Below the pieces are notes generated by a model. It ran no database searches, was not told where the DNA came from, and saw only the letters and a list, made by a program, of their open reading frames with translations. Shown here one piece after another: positions 50,501 to 61,665 of a stretch of DNA of 61,665 bases. Within the stretch, counting starts at the first letter, position 1. Each line of letters opens with the position of its first letter. The DNA lies in contig NMRA01000456.1 in NCBI GenBank assembly GCA_002633005.1, positions 1 to 61,665 of the forward strand, read 5' to 3'. The stretch is from Phoronis australis (Eukaryota; Animalia; Phoronida). Both the position numbers and the translations under genes were made by a program.

Positions 50501-53500
50501 GCTGTTAAATAAATGTAAACTGCACAAAACATTCGTTGGTTGGCGATAACCCTTCCAGGTCAATAGTACTTGATGCTTATATCTTAAAACAGTAGCGTGG
50601 TAGTGACTACTGAAGTAAAAGAACTATAAGTTAGGCATATATTCCAAACTTTCCAGATACACAACAGTCTGCCCTTACGTCCACGATCCCAGTTTTTCAT
50701 ATTCTTTTCTAATAACTTTGTTAGCAGTGTTGTCTTTGGTAGTCTTTTTCTTGTCACAGCAATTGAAAACACTCCTGGAATATTTAATAAAAAATGTATT
50801 AGGATGAATAACGACAGCAACAATGACAATCTGTTAATGAAAAAGGGATCAGAATTTGTTGCAACTAGAAAATTTAAAATACTCAGGCCGGGCTTGGGTT
50901 TAATCTCTGATCGAAACTTGACTCTAGAAAACTGGCCAGTTGTAAGGTATGCAGTGCTGTAGTGGTAAAAGTAGAGGTAAGTAGGCGCCCAGAGCCCACC
51001 GTATCACCTTGAGCACTGAACGTAACTTACAGTGCGTAGGCGCTACGTTCAAATGTCAAAAGGTGGTTGGCTGCGCCTACGTGAGCCTACGCCCCACTAC
51101 ATCACTGATGGTAAGCTTCGAGTAAACTGATTGGTTAAGTTTGGAGTCTGTGTCTGGTAATGAGACGAATCTGAGTTCGTAGATTTGACCATGGGCCCGG
51201 AGTTTCAGCAAGTTTGTAATATTTAGGTAAAAATCATTGGAGTAGAGGAAGCTCCCGTATTACATGTATATTGCATTTTCTCGAACGACGTCGCTCTAGT
51301 CTGTTAGCGATTGGCTTACGTAGTAAATGATGCATATAGTTCAACATTGCGACCTGTGCTCGCAGCTATGAGATAATAACCTAACGTGGAACAAACTAAG
51401 GACGAACTGCACTCGTTCTGTCAAGTTGTTCCGGAACTCGTTCCACGAGAAAAGGTTGGAACTAGAGTAAGCTATAACAACGAAGAGTAGGTATAGAGCT
51501 ACAATCACACTATGCAACAATTGTATAGTGCTGTACCTCAAAGCGACGAAGATTTTTATTTGAATGCAACGGAGTAACTTTCCTACCTCCATCCAAGAAA
51601 GAACACTTGTAACCAAACCCAGCAGATGACTAGACATAGGATCATGTTGGGGAAGGCCATTAACATCCAAGAGGCAAATGTGACCCCTGACTTCTCACGT
51701 GACATGCTGAAAATAATATGATCGCAGGTACGGGGTAAATGAATGTCTACCTATCGATCGGCGTATCCCATTTTGATTTGAAGGCGCAAAGTTGTTTGAA
51801 AACAATTACAAGAAAACATACGTATACCTACAGGTGTACACAGGTACAGAGCTAGACTAAAATAAAATGTTCTCTGGAAAGTTCAGTGTCATTCCAACTG
51901 TACTAAGTAGTAGTGTCAGAATCTAATGTAACATTTTTTAGAGAAGGCAAAACCAGTGCCTCTGAACAACTGTCCCCATAATCATTTGAAATTTCGTCTC
52001 AAAAGTTAAAATATATCTTCTTCAGATTTTTTCTAACCATCTAACAGCGATGAAAGTTGATCATTCTTCACAAAAAAATCGTCCTGTGGGTCGTTAATCG
52101 AGTATTTCCCCCACTTTCTTCAACAAACCCCCAGTCTCACTCTCAAGGAGCCAACTACACATTTTCTAAGGGCATAATACCAGCGTAGGCCCTTACTCCA
52201 AACATCCTACAAGCAGTAGTAGACTCTGTCAGGCTGTCACACTTCTGCGTATCCTAATTCCTTACGAGATGCATGCGTAGTTGTACGTGCAATACGCACC
52301 TTTTTGCTGCCGGCATGCGCACATTAAGGCCCAGTGCGCCGCATACTTTGGTATGTACAAAACTACATTGCATACACTGTTGCGCAGGTCATAAGCTGAA
52401 TCGGCCCTGCATCGGTAGAGCGAGGTACTAGAACGCTATGTTTTCGTGAGGATAAGCAGGTCATACGCGAAAGTCAAATCGGCTAGTCCCTACTTGAAAC
52501 TAGTTAAATGCCACTCACACTATAACAAATTTCTTTAAAAGATTAAATTTGCGTTTATCAAAAAAGAGTTTTATACAGTACTTCTCTGGGTTCTGCAGTG
52601 ATATTTTTCAAACAATAGAGTGGCATTTAAAATAAACCACGTAGCCTTATGAGTTTGGCTTTTGGAACCACACAGATCAATGACAAAATGAAGTATTAAA
52701 GAAGGGAACATAGGGGAAACAACATAGGCCTACACTAGTAAGACTACACAAGAATTCACATCAGTTTGGAACAGGCAGAACATATAATACAGCTCCTGGA
52801 TGTCTAATACCATGTAATTTTCATGCTTCAAGCCCAGGGTAAGGTTGGAAAGGGATTGACTGCCTTACTTGTCAACAATTCCTTTGAAAACCATGTTAGG
52901 CCCAGTCCCGGTCAGCGTTGCAGTGCCACCTATGTTTGCAGAGTAACATATGCATATGGTCAGCCCTTTCACGAGTCGCTTGAAAGAATCCGGATGTTGC
53001 TTCAATCCACTGTTTTCCACTTCAGCAGAGCAATCTTCGTAGTTTTCAAATTCTTCACAAACAGACACTCGATATGAATCATTTCTGAAAAGATAGTTTG
53101 AATTATTATTGAATGGGATGTGACTTTATTAAAACTGCAATCTCTGGACATATTGGGTGATAAGCTTGTGAACGGCGAAGGCGTACAGGCGATGATAATG
53201 TATTGCAAGTGCTCAATCCATTTACATTTTTATTGATGAAATAAAACACAAAAAAACAGTATGTATGGAAACAGTTGCCTGTGAGTAATAGATTGGATAT
53301 CAATACACTGACAAAACTGAAATCATCCGCATTTCATTTTGTTTTTATTTTTTGTCATAAATATGCAAATTATGGGACATCTGTTCAAAAAAGTTGTGAT
53401 CTTGGAAAACGTGACAGTCTATTAGTCTCTGTTTCAAAAACTCCCCCTGATGGAGATTCCCTGAAGGTTTGGAAACAGCTGCTTGTTAGTTCTGATTTGG

Positions 53501-56500
53501 ATTAAAAGTTAACGAATAAATGTAACATTGTGGATTGAACACACGAGAGTTTAAAGAACACAAAATCACGGGAAGGAGTTAACAGTCCAGCATAATAGAC
53601 ATGAACCAGACTAACTGGATGAGTGGACGCAGACTCTCAGAATTCAGTAACGTAGACAAGTTTAAAAATGATTAAGAAGTTTTCGAATTTTGATAAATCT
53701 CGATAACTTTTATGCCCGATCCTGGTTCAGGTACAAATCAGTGATCCCTGGCGTTCGGAAATAACACGGCGATGCAGATAGTGTGTAAAATACCAAAGAC
53801 CTACTAAGTCCTAATCGAGAAGCCCAATTGTCCAAAAGTTAACAGGACTGGCTTCGAACGTTCGAAAAATATCAAAATGTTACTTTTAACATAAAATATT
53901 TCCATCGGTTTTGAGCTTGACTATTTAGGAGGTTTGCCATTTTGAACCGTTACATCATTGATGCCTGTTTGCAAAATCCACGTTACCGCAAACGAGACTG
54001 GCTTTAGGGCCGCGATAACACGTGTCGATGTTGACAACAGATATTTTTTATTTGACAAACGATATCTATTCAAAGAAAGAAAATCAGGTGACACTCATTA
54101 AGGACATTCCTTTCAGGGCAGATAGGCATGGGTCCCTCATACATCGTACTGCATTAGGAGAAGGCCTGATATCACTTCTACTTAACGTTTATGCTTAAAG
54201 AGTAAAATCTCACCTCTTACTTATCTCAGATGAGGAAGGCGTTGAAACACCAGCAATTCTATCATCCCTGCTTTCGTCAAGATCTACCAGAGCTGAAGAT
54301 GAGCGCGTAGTGCTGGCCATCCCGTTCTCATGCGTAGACGTAGTGACGTCTGATGGAAGACATTATTAAAATTTCCTGAACATGAATTGACGTGGCAAGT
54401 TAACAACGTCTTTTTTGGTCTTAGGCACTTATTTTTATGATTACGTTTTCGCATAACCATTCGGTAAGGCAATTGCCAGCAGAAAAATTGTTAACCTACG
54501 TGGCATGTACTCGTTTCTCTAAGAAGTGACGGCAAAAATAGACTCGCAAATAACAAAAAATGGTGACGCATAATACGTCTAATCCGTTCGAAAATAGAAA
54601 AGGTGTTGTCGTTTACTCAATAGGAACTTTTTGTATAAAATTCATGAAATTCTGTTACAGAACTCCCAAGATAGAGAGGTAAACGTAAAAATGCCAATAG
54701 GAGACACAGCGGTAGTAAGATCTGCCAGAGTGTCGTCGTCATTTGTTGAGTCACGTTCATAGAAAAGGACTTGCTCAAATTTCACAAAGATCCTGTAAGG
54801 GGATAAAAAGATACAGCTGCTGACGCACAAACAAAATTCCCACTAGGAGGCACCAAAGTAGCCATACCAATCCAAAAATCAACATCAGTACTTGGTCTTC
54901 TCAGCAGGTACAGCGGCCGACGCCAAATGAAAATGGTGGCGCAGAATACACCAAGTACGTCCAAAAACGAAGGCACATCGTCATTTCCACAACAGGGACC
55001 TATTTGTCAAATTTCGTGAAAATCTATCAAGCAAAGTAAGCCGGATATAGAGGCAAACGTTAACGTAAAAAACAAGTAATAACATTGTCATCAGAGGACA
55101 CAGCGGAAGTCCGATCAGTCCGAAACTCGTCGTCTGTCGTCGGCGCCATACCAAAGATTTGGCCATACACACATCTGCCAAATCTCATTCTGCAGGTGGT
55201 TTATGAGATACAGCAGAGGATGCCGGAAGGACGTAACTACGCCCGCCAGACACCCAGACAGAGATGACGACCTGAATATGCAACTACACATCCGTCAACG
55301 AACGGGTGGGATGAGCCAACCGATTTCGGTGCACTGAGAAAGCGCAACCACCCAGTAGGCTCTCTTGCAGACTGAGTCCGCGTTCTTAGACACCCATCAC
55401 CGTATATTTCATAAACACGAGAAGTGATTGCGAAAGACTAAACTATGTACCGGGATTTCCCGTAAGCCCAACCCAATGAAACGCCCAATGGTCGTTTATT
55501 CAGAAAATTATGCGAAGCGTTAAGTATGCGTGGCGTTAATTATGATAACACAGTTTTAAGTAAAATATGTTAAAGTCGACAAAACTAAGACTCCGTTTAA
55601 AATCCCCTGAAAGAGCCAATTGGTGACGCTGATGACGGAGAGAGAGACGTCCTGAAATTGACTGGTAGTAACAAACTAGGAGAAGTTGACGATATTCTAC
55701 AGGAAGTTATCCAACCGTCAGATATCGCTGGGTTCGCTGATGCGGCTGATGGTATCGAGAAAGTCCTGAAATCCAAAAGTAAAAGCGTTGTAGGTCACCA
55801 TTTTAAAGGCGCCACCAAATCGACCGAGTCTACAGTTTCGGAGGAAGTTTACCACATTTCCACAGACAAAGATGAATTGGTGAAGAAGAATGTCCATAAA
55901 AAGACGGATTTACAAGAGTTGCAGGCAAGTCAAATCCCTTCTAGTACACCCGAGGAAAAAAGTTGTATCGAAGTACGAAATATTGAGGAAATTCCTGCTG
56001 ACGCCAAACCTTCTGATATACATGGGTTGCCTTACGGTGCAACTTTTTTCTCTGTTGAAACCATCCACCGTAGCTCTGCATGTATGATAGATACTGGAGG
56101 GAGAGAAGTCGATAATCTGGAAAGTAGAAACAAGCCAGGCGAAGTCACTCGCTTGTCAAGTATTGCTCAGTTCGCTGATAATGATGATAGTGAGGGAAAA
56201 GTCATGAAATCCGAAAGTAAATCCGTTGGAAGTGGCCACTTACACGACATCACACTGTCTGATTTGACTGAGCCCACAGTTTCCTGTGCGATTGGGGAAA
56301 CTCTTAAACAGGACACATGACGCTCCGCATCTGAGACTGTCTTCAACAAATCAGGCAGCGTCGAAGGTATCAGCCCAGAAGATGCAAATCTGCAAAGCTT
56401 CGCCAAGTTGTCCCTAGATGCAATTTCTTTTCATACTGCAAATCTTTTAGAGTACACGTTTATAGCTGAAGCTTACCAGAAGGACAAAATAAAATTTCAC

Positions 56501-59382
56501 AGCACTGATCTGCCGAACAACCGTGAAGATATGCGACTAGACGACGTCAAGAATTCTAGTGACACCACCTGGCCTTACAATCACATTTCGTTTGCGACGT
56601 TGCATTTTACAAAGAATATTGAAATGCCTGTAATCAGTAAGGATGAGATTAATGTCACAAATCCTCAAGCTAAGAACGAGCCAGGGGAAGTTGAGGATGC
56701 TCACCTAGAGGACCTCAGATCGTCTCCTTTTGCAGCGTTGCCTCAGTATGATTTTTGTTTTGCTGGTGGGGATTATTCAATGGACACTGAATACGACGGT
56801 AAAACTAAAACAAGATTGCAAATTAGCAACAAGCCATACATAATTGATGGCATTTCTTCAGAAGACGACAAGACGTTTGTGGATGTGCCTCTCGATGCCG
56901 TTTCTTCTGATTCAGAGGACACCCACAGAATTATCGGTGATTTTACAGATAAATCAAATATTGTAAAACGCGAAGGACTTTTCAAGCGTTTGAAATCACG
57001 ATTCAGACGGAATCGTCACGTGGTCAAGGTCTGTGCTACTTCCTCTTTGCAGGCGCAAAGTCTTGCCTCACGATGGCGGTATTTGATGTGTTGTAGTGCT
57101 TCTGAAGACGACAACACCTACGTCAGATTGTACGACTGACGGTTACGGACTGAAGTACAAGCTCAATCTTGAGCGCCTTTTTAGCACATTTAACGTTTTT
57201 ATTATAAAATACGCTGCACATCCGTGTATGTTTTGCAACCAACAAGTCTGTGCTGTGCACACATATTGAATGTAAATTGCACGAGGACAGGCAAAATAAA
57301 TGAAAGAGCGGCAGCAAAGTTTATTTTAAGTGTGCTTAAGCTGAAAGTGCGTTGAAGGCTCTCTAACTCAGAGTTTAATGAGACACTTCTCTCTTACCGC
57401 TTATTTAGACTAATGCCACGTGACAGATTACACAGTCATCTAGACACTTCATGTCAAGGTGAAAACTGACCAGTTGAGGCATATCATTCGGAATTTTGGG
57501 TCAGTAAAAAGAATGCCAAAATTGTCCGTTTTTTAAAGGCACGCATAAAGCATTCTCGACGTTATAGAGCTTAGTAGACAGCACACTAACTCGGGGCAGT
57601 TGGAATATCCGGTGGCGTCAAAATTCCGAAATTTCATTCAACGCATATTCATAAACGACCCGGATTTAACTATCGTGTTTACTTATTGTCCACAAAGTAT
57701 GAGCGGAAAATAATCTTATTAAATCGTCGATAATAGCGAGGCAAGTCCCCAATATTGCATCACTGCTATTTCGCGTTATTATTAACTTTTTCAAAAATTG
57801 TATCATTTCATGCTAACAGAAGATGTAATCTAAACCCCTTGTGGTGGTACAAACTACACGTAATTGTCCCAGCGAGGCGAAGAGGATGTTGAAGTCAGAT
57901 TATTAGAGTTTAATACGTAGTTTCAGGTCTTTCATCTTTGGATTGTATAATTGGGTAGGAATTATCCCTTTATTAACAAAGCAGCTTAGAAAGTGAAACG
58001 ACTTACAAAAAGGTTCAACATATCGTTCTAAAATTGATGGTATTGTCCAACCTCGATGGTATAAGGTGATCCCTTTTTCTATCGTGGTACGGAAAAGCGT
58101 TTGATACTGCGTTCACACGTTGTCCGATCAGCAAAAAGGTCGCATGTTTGATCCGCTTTCCGAATACTTGAAATTTCACTTGTGAACACCTTTCTAACGT
58201 CTCGCGTGTTTTCTTATCGTCCGACACCTGATCAGACGTCAGATTGGCCTTGTTGTCGTGAGAACCTTGCTGTTTTAAGGCGTCAAAACCTATAGTTGTT
58301 TATACATACTAATTTTAAATCATCCATTCGAAATTAATTGACATGTGCAAACCGGCCACCTAGTTTCTCGAAGGCTGGCCGTTCTCATTAGATGCACAAC
58401 CAGAGGATTTATGTTGCATATCCCCATTGGGTCGTTGTCTTTACACTGTCAAAGGTATGACTGATCACCAAAAACATCGAAACAATAGACCTTTGAAGTG
58501 TCTTTCAAGCACCTAATCGACTGAAGGTGTTGAATTCTACAAATTTAGACTTTTAGCTTGATTATGAACACCAAACAAAATAAATCGAATCCTACTGTTT
58601 GGATAATTCACTTTTCCAATAACAGTTGCAAGAAACAAAACGACGGGAGGGTAACGTAGACTATTGAGAAATTGCCACCTGCATAGATAACCACCCAATG
58701 AAATGCGAGCTCTTACTATCGTCTTCTGTCGTCTGCACGTTGTGCTTTTCTAGTTCATCAATTACAGCCTGGGCTATTGGTACCATCATCGCTGTTGTTG
58801 CCGTGTTGCTGATCCACATGCTAAGGAAAGCTGTGACGCCCATGAAACCAAACAACAGCCTGTAACGGAAATCGCACAAGTTCACGCAAGAAAACCTCGT
58901 AAGATCTCGTGGTGCATTGCAATATCTCACGAAGACTTGTGTGCCTTGCGTTTTAGCAAGTTTCTTGTATTTACGGAACGTAGCCACGTGGTACAGATCC
59001 ACAAGACTGGGGAAGGCGGTGACGTGAAGCGTAAGAGCAAACTGAGTTTGGAAACAAAATATGAAAACTTTTCACTTTTAAGAGTCTAAGGACGATTCGT
59101 TCGAGATATAAGAGTGCAAAATAGGATTTGAACACTTTAACGTGAACTCTGCCTCCATGGTCTTTCTCTTGAAATTAAAAAAGAACTAAATTTGGTCAAT
59201 CGATGCTACTTTTCGGCCTGACAGGTGTTATTATTTGAATACATCCGTATCAAAATGACAACTTACCATTTTGGCTGAGATCCGACTAACATAAGAACTC
59301 TTAAAGCGATGCGTTTATGCAAATTACAGTCTTCGATAGCCACAGCAACCATCAAACCAGCCATGAACAACACATTAGCATC
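44358..59382 (-). CDS. SLC13: SLC13 (DASS) Na+/di-tricarboxylate or sulfate cotransporter gene, 5' end outside window
   Basis: Twelve hand-spliced exons with consistent phases. Motifs [70 protein letters not shown]. One 1-bp frameshift near 45470. Confidence 0.95.
44898..45145. mobile_element. PIF/Harbinger-like MITE
   Basis: GGACCTGTTCCAAGAAACTGACTT ... AAGTCAGTTTTGTTGGAACGGGCCC; CTT on both sides. Confidence 0.6.
45455..45593 (-). CDS. SLC13: SLC13 exon (139 bp, apparent +1 frameshift)
   Basis: [41 protein letters not shown], then RVLDM in the shifted frame. Confidence 0.9.
47109..47270 (-). CDS. SLC13: SLC13 exon
   Basis: [12 protein letters not shown]...[23 protein letters not shown]. 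Confidence 0.92.
48533..48651 (-). CDS. SLC13: SLC13 exon
   Basis: [39 protein letters not shown]. Confidence 0.92.
49036..49133 (-). CDS. SLC13: SLC13 exon
   Basis: [32 protein letters not shown]. Confidence 0.9.
49510..49614 (-). CDS. SLC13: SLC13 exon
   Basis: [34 protein letters not shown]. Confidence 0.9.
50679..50774 (-). CDS. SLC13: SLC13 exon
   Basis: [31 protein letters not shown]. Confidence 0.85.
50952..51107. mobile_element. hAT-like MITE
   Basis: TIRs CAGTGCTGTAGTGG / CCACTACATCACTG; imperfect 8-bp flanks AAGGTATG / ATGGTAAG. Confidence 0.65.
51587..51706 (-). CDS. SLC13: SLC13 exon
   Basis: [39 protein letters not shown]. Confidence 0.9.
52869..53084 (-). CDS. SLC13: SLC13 exon
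   Basis: ...[33 protein letters not shown]. Confidence 0.92.
54214..54292 (-). CDS. SLC13: SLC13 small loop exon (tentative)
   Basis: [25 protein letters not shown]; AG/GT; supplies the phase 1 to phase 2 change needed between flanking exons. Confidence 0.65.
54530..55290 (-). mobile_element. Older DINE-1/Helentron-like (HINE) copy
   Basis: Same blocks as 24.5-25.4 kb (AATTTCATGAAA, GATAGAGAGGTAAACGTAAAA, CCACTAGGAGGCAC, CAGAGATGACG); related fragments at ~35.8-36.65, 39.75-39.96 and 47.7-47.95 kb. Confidence 0.55.
55601..57139 (+). pseudogene. Intronless orphan ORF (~510 codons, one in-frame TGA), antisense within an SLC13 intron
   Basis: ORFs 55658-56320 and 56408-57139 are in the same frame with only TGA 56318-56320 between them; AATAAA at 57295-57300. 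Confidence 0.6.
58717..58859 (-). CDS. SLC13: SLC13 exon (first SNT motif)
   Basis: [47 protein letters not shown]. Confidence 0.93.
59267..59382 (-). CDS. SLC13: SLC13 exon
   Basis: [38 protein letters not shown]. Confidence 0.93.
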
Positions 59383-61047
59383 CTGTGTGAGGGGATAAAA
59401 TATCAAACCTAAATCACGAGCAAAGTTAGACTATCTGACAAAGCTTTGCCCGAATATAGGAGTACGAGAATTACGCCCCCCCCCCCGCTCGGTATCGCCA
59501 CCATNCCAAGCACAGTTTTGGTAATTTTTTATCTAAAATTAGTAGCGCAAACATGAGTCTCAAACAGGGCTAAGAGCTTATTTTCTTCCCAATCAGAATT
59601 TAATCGTTGACCAAAACTAGACATCATAGATTGCTGTAATGTCTAGGTACAACATGACATTAACAAAAAGTAACCAGTGGCATTGCAATCCTGGGGCGCA
59701 CTGTTAAAAATCTTGGCACTTTTGTTTAAATATAATGTTTACTTTACATTCATCAATTCAGAAAACAAGATGAGTTTCGTCAGTCGAAAGATGCCACTAA
59801 AATGTCTTAACTTTCATCCCTGTTTGTGTTTGCCTTATTTTACCATGAAGTTTGTTTTAATGTGGGCAGGATTTCCGCGGAAACCTCACCACTTATGGCG
59901 GCAGTTGAGTGAGTACTCATAATGCATGAGTCAGTTGTCACTCACTACGGCGGCCATTTTAGGTGGTGGTACACCGCCAAAATAAAAATTCAACTACAAC
60001 TTCATAATAAATTCAGCTAAGTTTGGAAAAACTTGGATTTGTTTGGGCTTAAGTTCTGATAGAACTAATTTATGTTTCATGGGATTTTTAAGAACAGTTT
60101 CAAAAATACACATGGGCAACAAAAATATCCAGTCGAAGAAAAGAACCTGAAAAGGTGACCCTAATGGAATTAACGATCAGCTTGACGCCCATTGAAATGA
60201 TTTATATGTCGTTCGGTCTTTGTTTTCAGTTTTGCTCAAGTGAAATCATGGCGGAGCCTGGAGTTTTCCTCCATGACTATGTGAGACCGTGAGATGATTC
60301 CTCGGAAAAACCCAGCGGAGTGACTGTGATAAAAAAATGTACTCCATGCTGCCAAAAAACTGTTAAAAACACATGAAGAGGTATCGTTCGTTACGGGTCG
60401 GTATATATAGCCAGAAAAACTGAAGGGACCCTTTCATGCGCTTTTTGTTTAAACACGTGCCCATTCCCCCGGGACGGCAACAGAATTTGGTTGCTACAAC
60501 AGGCAACTTATTCCCACAGGACGCTTTGAATTGTCACGTAACATATGCCTAGTGCCGCCAATTTGCGCGCTGCAGTTGTTCGCCTTCACAGTTCCGCCAA
60601 TGCTTCTTGGTGACGAAAATTTTTATCTTGACACGAAGTGTGGGAATTTTGGTCTTTATTATGTGTTCCATTCTGTCAGTTCAGGCTGTGCAATTAGTAG
60701 TCGGCTACTGCAGATGGAAAATTGACTTTTCTCTCTCATGTGCTGTGTCAGGAAACTTTTAATTTATAGTTATTAAAATGTCAAGGTGTTTTGTACCGAG
60801 TTAGAGCAGTGGGGCTGATAACTGTATTGGAATGTGTTTATATCCTGTCATTACATATTATTCTATCCTGTTGTTGTTTATGGTTTAGTGGTTCCTGTTT
60901 TGTAGTCAGTACTCTATTAGTCATATATTCCTAGAACCTATAGACTTCCTGTACATTTCTGTATATATTCTATTATTTGTTGATATCAATACACTTTTAG
61001 TTCGACAGCCAACTGGGCACAATCTTTGTTTTACTCACGACTTTTCA

Positions 61048-61065
61048 TGGTAGCAGAGCAAGGTT
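61048..61065 (+). promoter_or_regulatory. Primer binding site for initiator tRNA-Met
   Basis: TGGTAGCAGAGCAAGGTT, complementary to the 3' end of an invertebrate-type tRNA-iMet. Confidence 0.9.
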
Positions 61066-61068
61066 GAA

Positions 61069-61665
61069 ATGTCTTCAACTGTTAGCTACAAGAACCCACC
61101 TAGGTTTGGGGAAAACTATCAGGAGTGGAAGCAAGAGATAGAACTGTGGAAGAGGGTAACTGATTTACCTTGTGAAAAACAGGGCCTAGCGGTGAGTTTA
61201 ACTCTCACAGGGAGAGCGAGGGAAACTGCACTGCAACTGGAGGCCAAGGACCTAGAGAAAAAAGACGGTCTAATAACACTAGTGGGAGAACTAGACAAGA
61301 TCTATCTTAAGGAGAGCAAGGACTATGCTTATGAAGCATACAAAAATTTTGACACCTTTATGCGTAAGGACGGTCAGCCAATTAGTGATTTTATTTGTGA
61401 CTTTGACGGCTTAAATAAGAAGTGTCACAAATATGACATGTTTTTGCCGGATGCTGTTCTAGCATTCAAGCTTCTGGATGGGGCAAATCTCAGCAAAACA
61501 GAGAAACAAATGACACTGACGGCGTGTACGGACTTAACGTATGAAAGTATGAAATCGGCACTTCGGCGAATTTTCGGAACGTATGATATTAAAAGTGAGG
61601 CGTCGGAGGGCGTTGCGATAAAAGATGAAGTCCTCTATGGGAAGTGGAGGAGAGCTCCACAGACA
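61069..61665 (+). CDS. gag: Copia (GalEa-like) gag, open to window end
   Basis: MSSTVSYKNPPRFGENYQEWKQEIELWKRVT...KQGLAVSLTL...LPDAVLAFKLL...YESMKSALRRIFG; 199 codons without a stop (absent from the ORF track because it is unterminated). Confidence 0.85.
   Translation, partial: MSSTVSYKNPPRFGENYQEWKQEIELWKRVTDLPCEKQGLAVSLTLTGRARETALQLEAKDLEKKDGLITLVGELDKIYLKESKDYAYEAYKNFDTFMRKDGQPISDFICDFDGLNKKCHKYDMFLPDAVLAFKLLDGANLSKTEKQMTLTACTDLTYESMKSALRRIFGTYDIKSEASEGVAIKDEVLYGKWRRAPQT

Larger units (their letters stand above)
60823..61665 (+). mobile_element. Ty1/Copia LTR retrotransposon, GalEa-like (5' LTR, PBS, gag; continues beyond window)
   Basis: LTR ends CA at 61047 (start uncertain: TG at 60823 or 60779), PBS, then open gag. 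Confidence 0.85.

Overview
Animal (most likely marine invertebrate) genomic scaffold with two N gaps (15337-15745, 28655-29555). (1) 1-6156: 3' part of a decayed Ty3/Gypsy LTR retrotransposon. Pol (RT-RNase H-integrase) ends in a PHD finger and is followed, in the env position, by an extra ORF encoding a C2H2-like zinc finger plus a TatD-family nuclease, then a PPT and 3' LTR. An ATG and splice donor in the LTR splice in frame onto an acceptor just after pol. This is the most unusual system in the window. (2) ~12.4-40.3 kb, minus strand: a multi-exon ELMO gene. Five exons occur twice around an N gap (probably two haplotypes); it also has a GC-AG intron and minisatellites built from its own splice sites. 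(3) 44.4-59.4 kb, minus strand: an SLC13 Na+/carboxylate-sulfate cotransporter gene (5' end outside the window, one apparent frameshift), with an intronless ~500-codon antisense orphan ORF nested in an intron. (4) From ~60.8 kb: the start of a GalEa-like Ty1/Copia element (LTR, tRNA-iMet PBS, gag). DINE-1/Helentron-like repeats carrying CTCF-like motifs, MITEs, a tRNA-SINE head and degenerate Penelope-type hammerhead motifs are interspersed. All calls come from manual reading and recalled family motifs; no searches were run.
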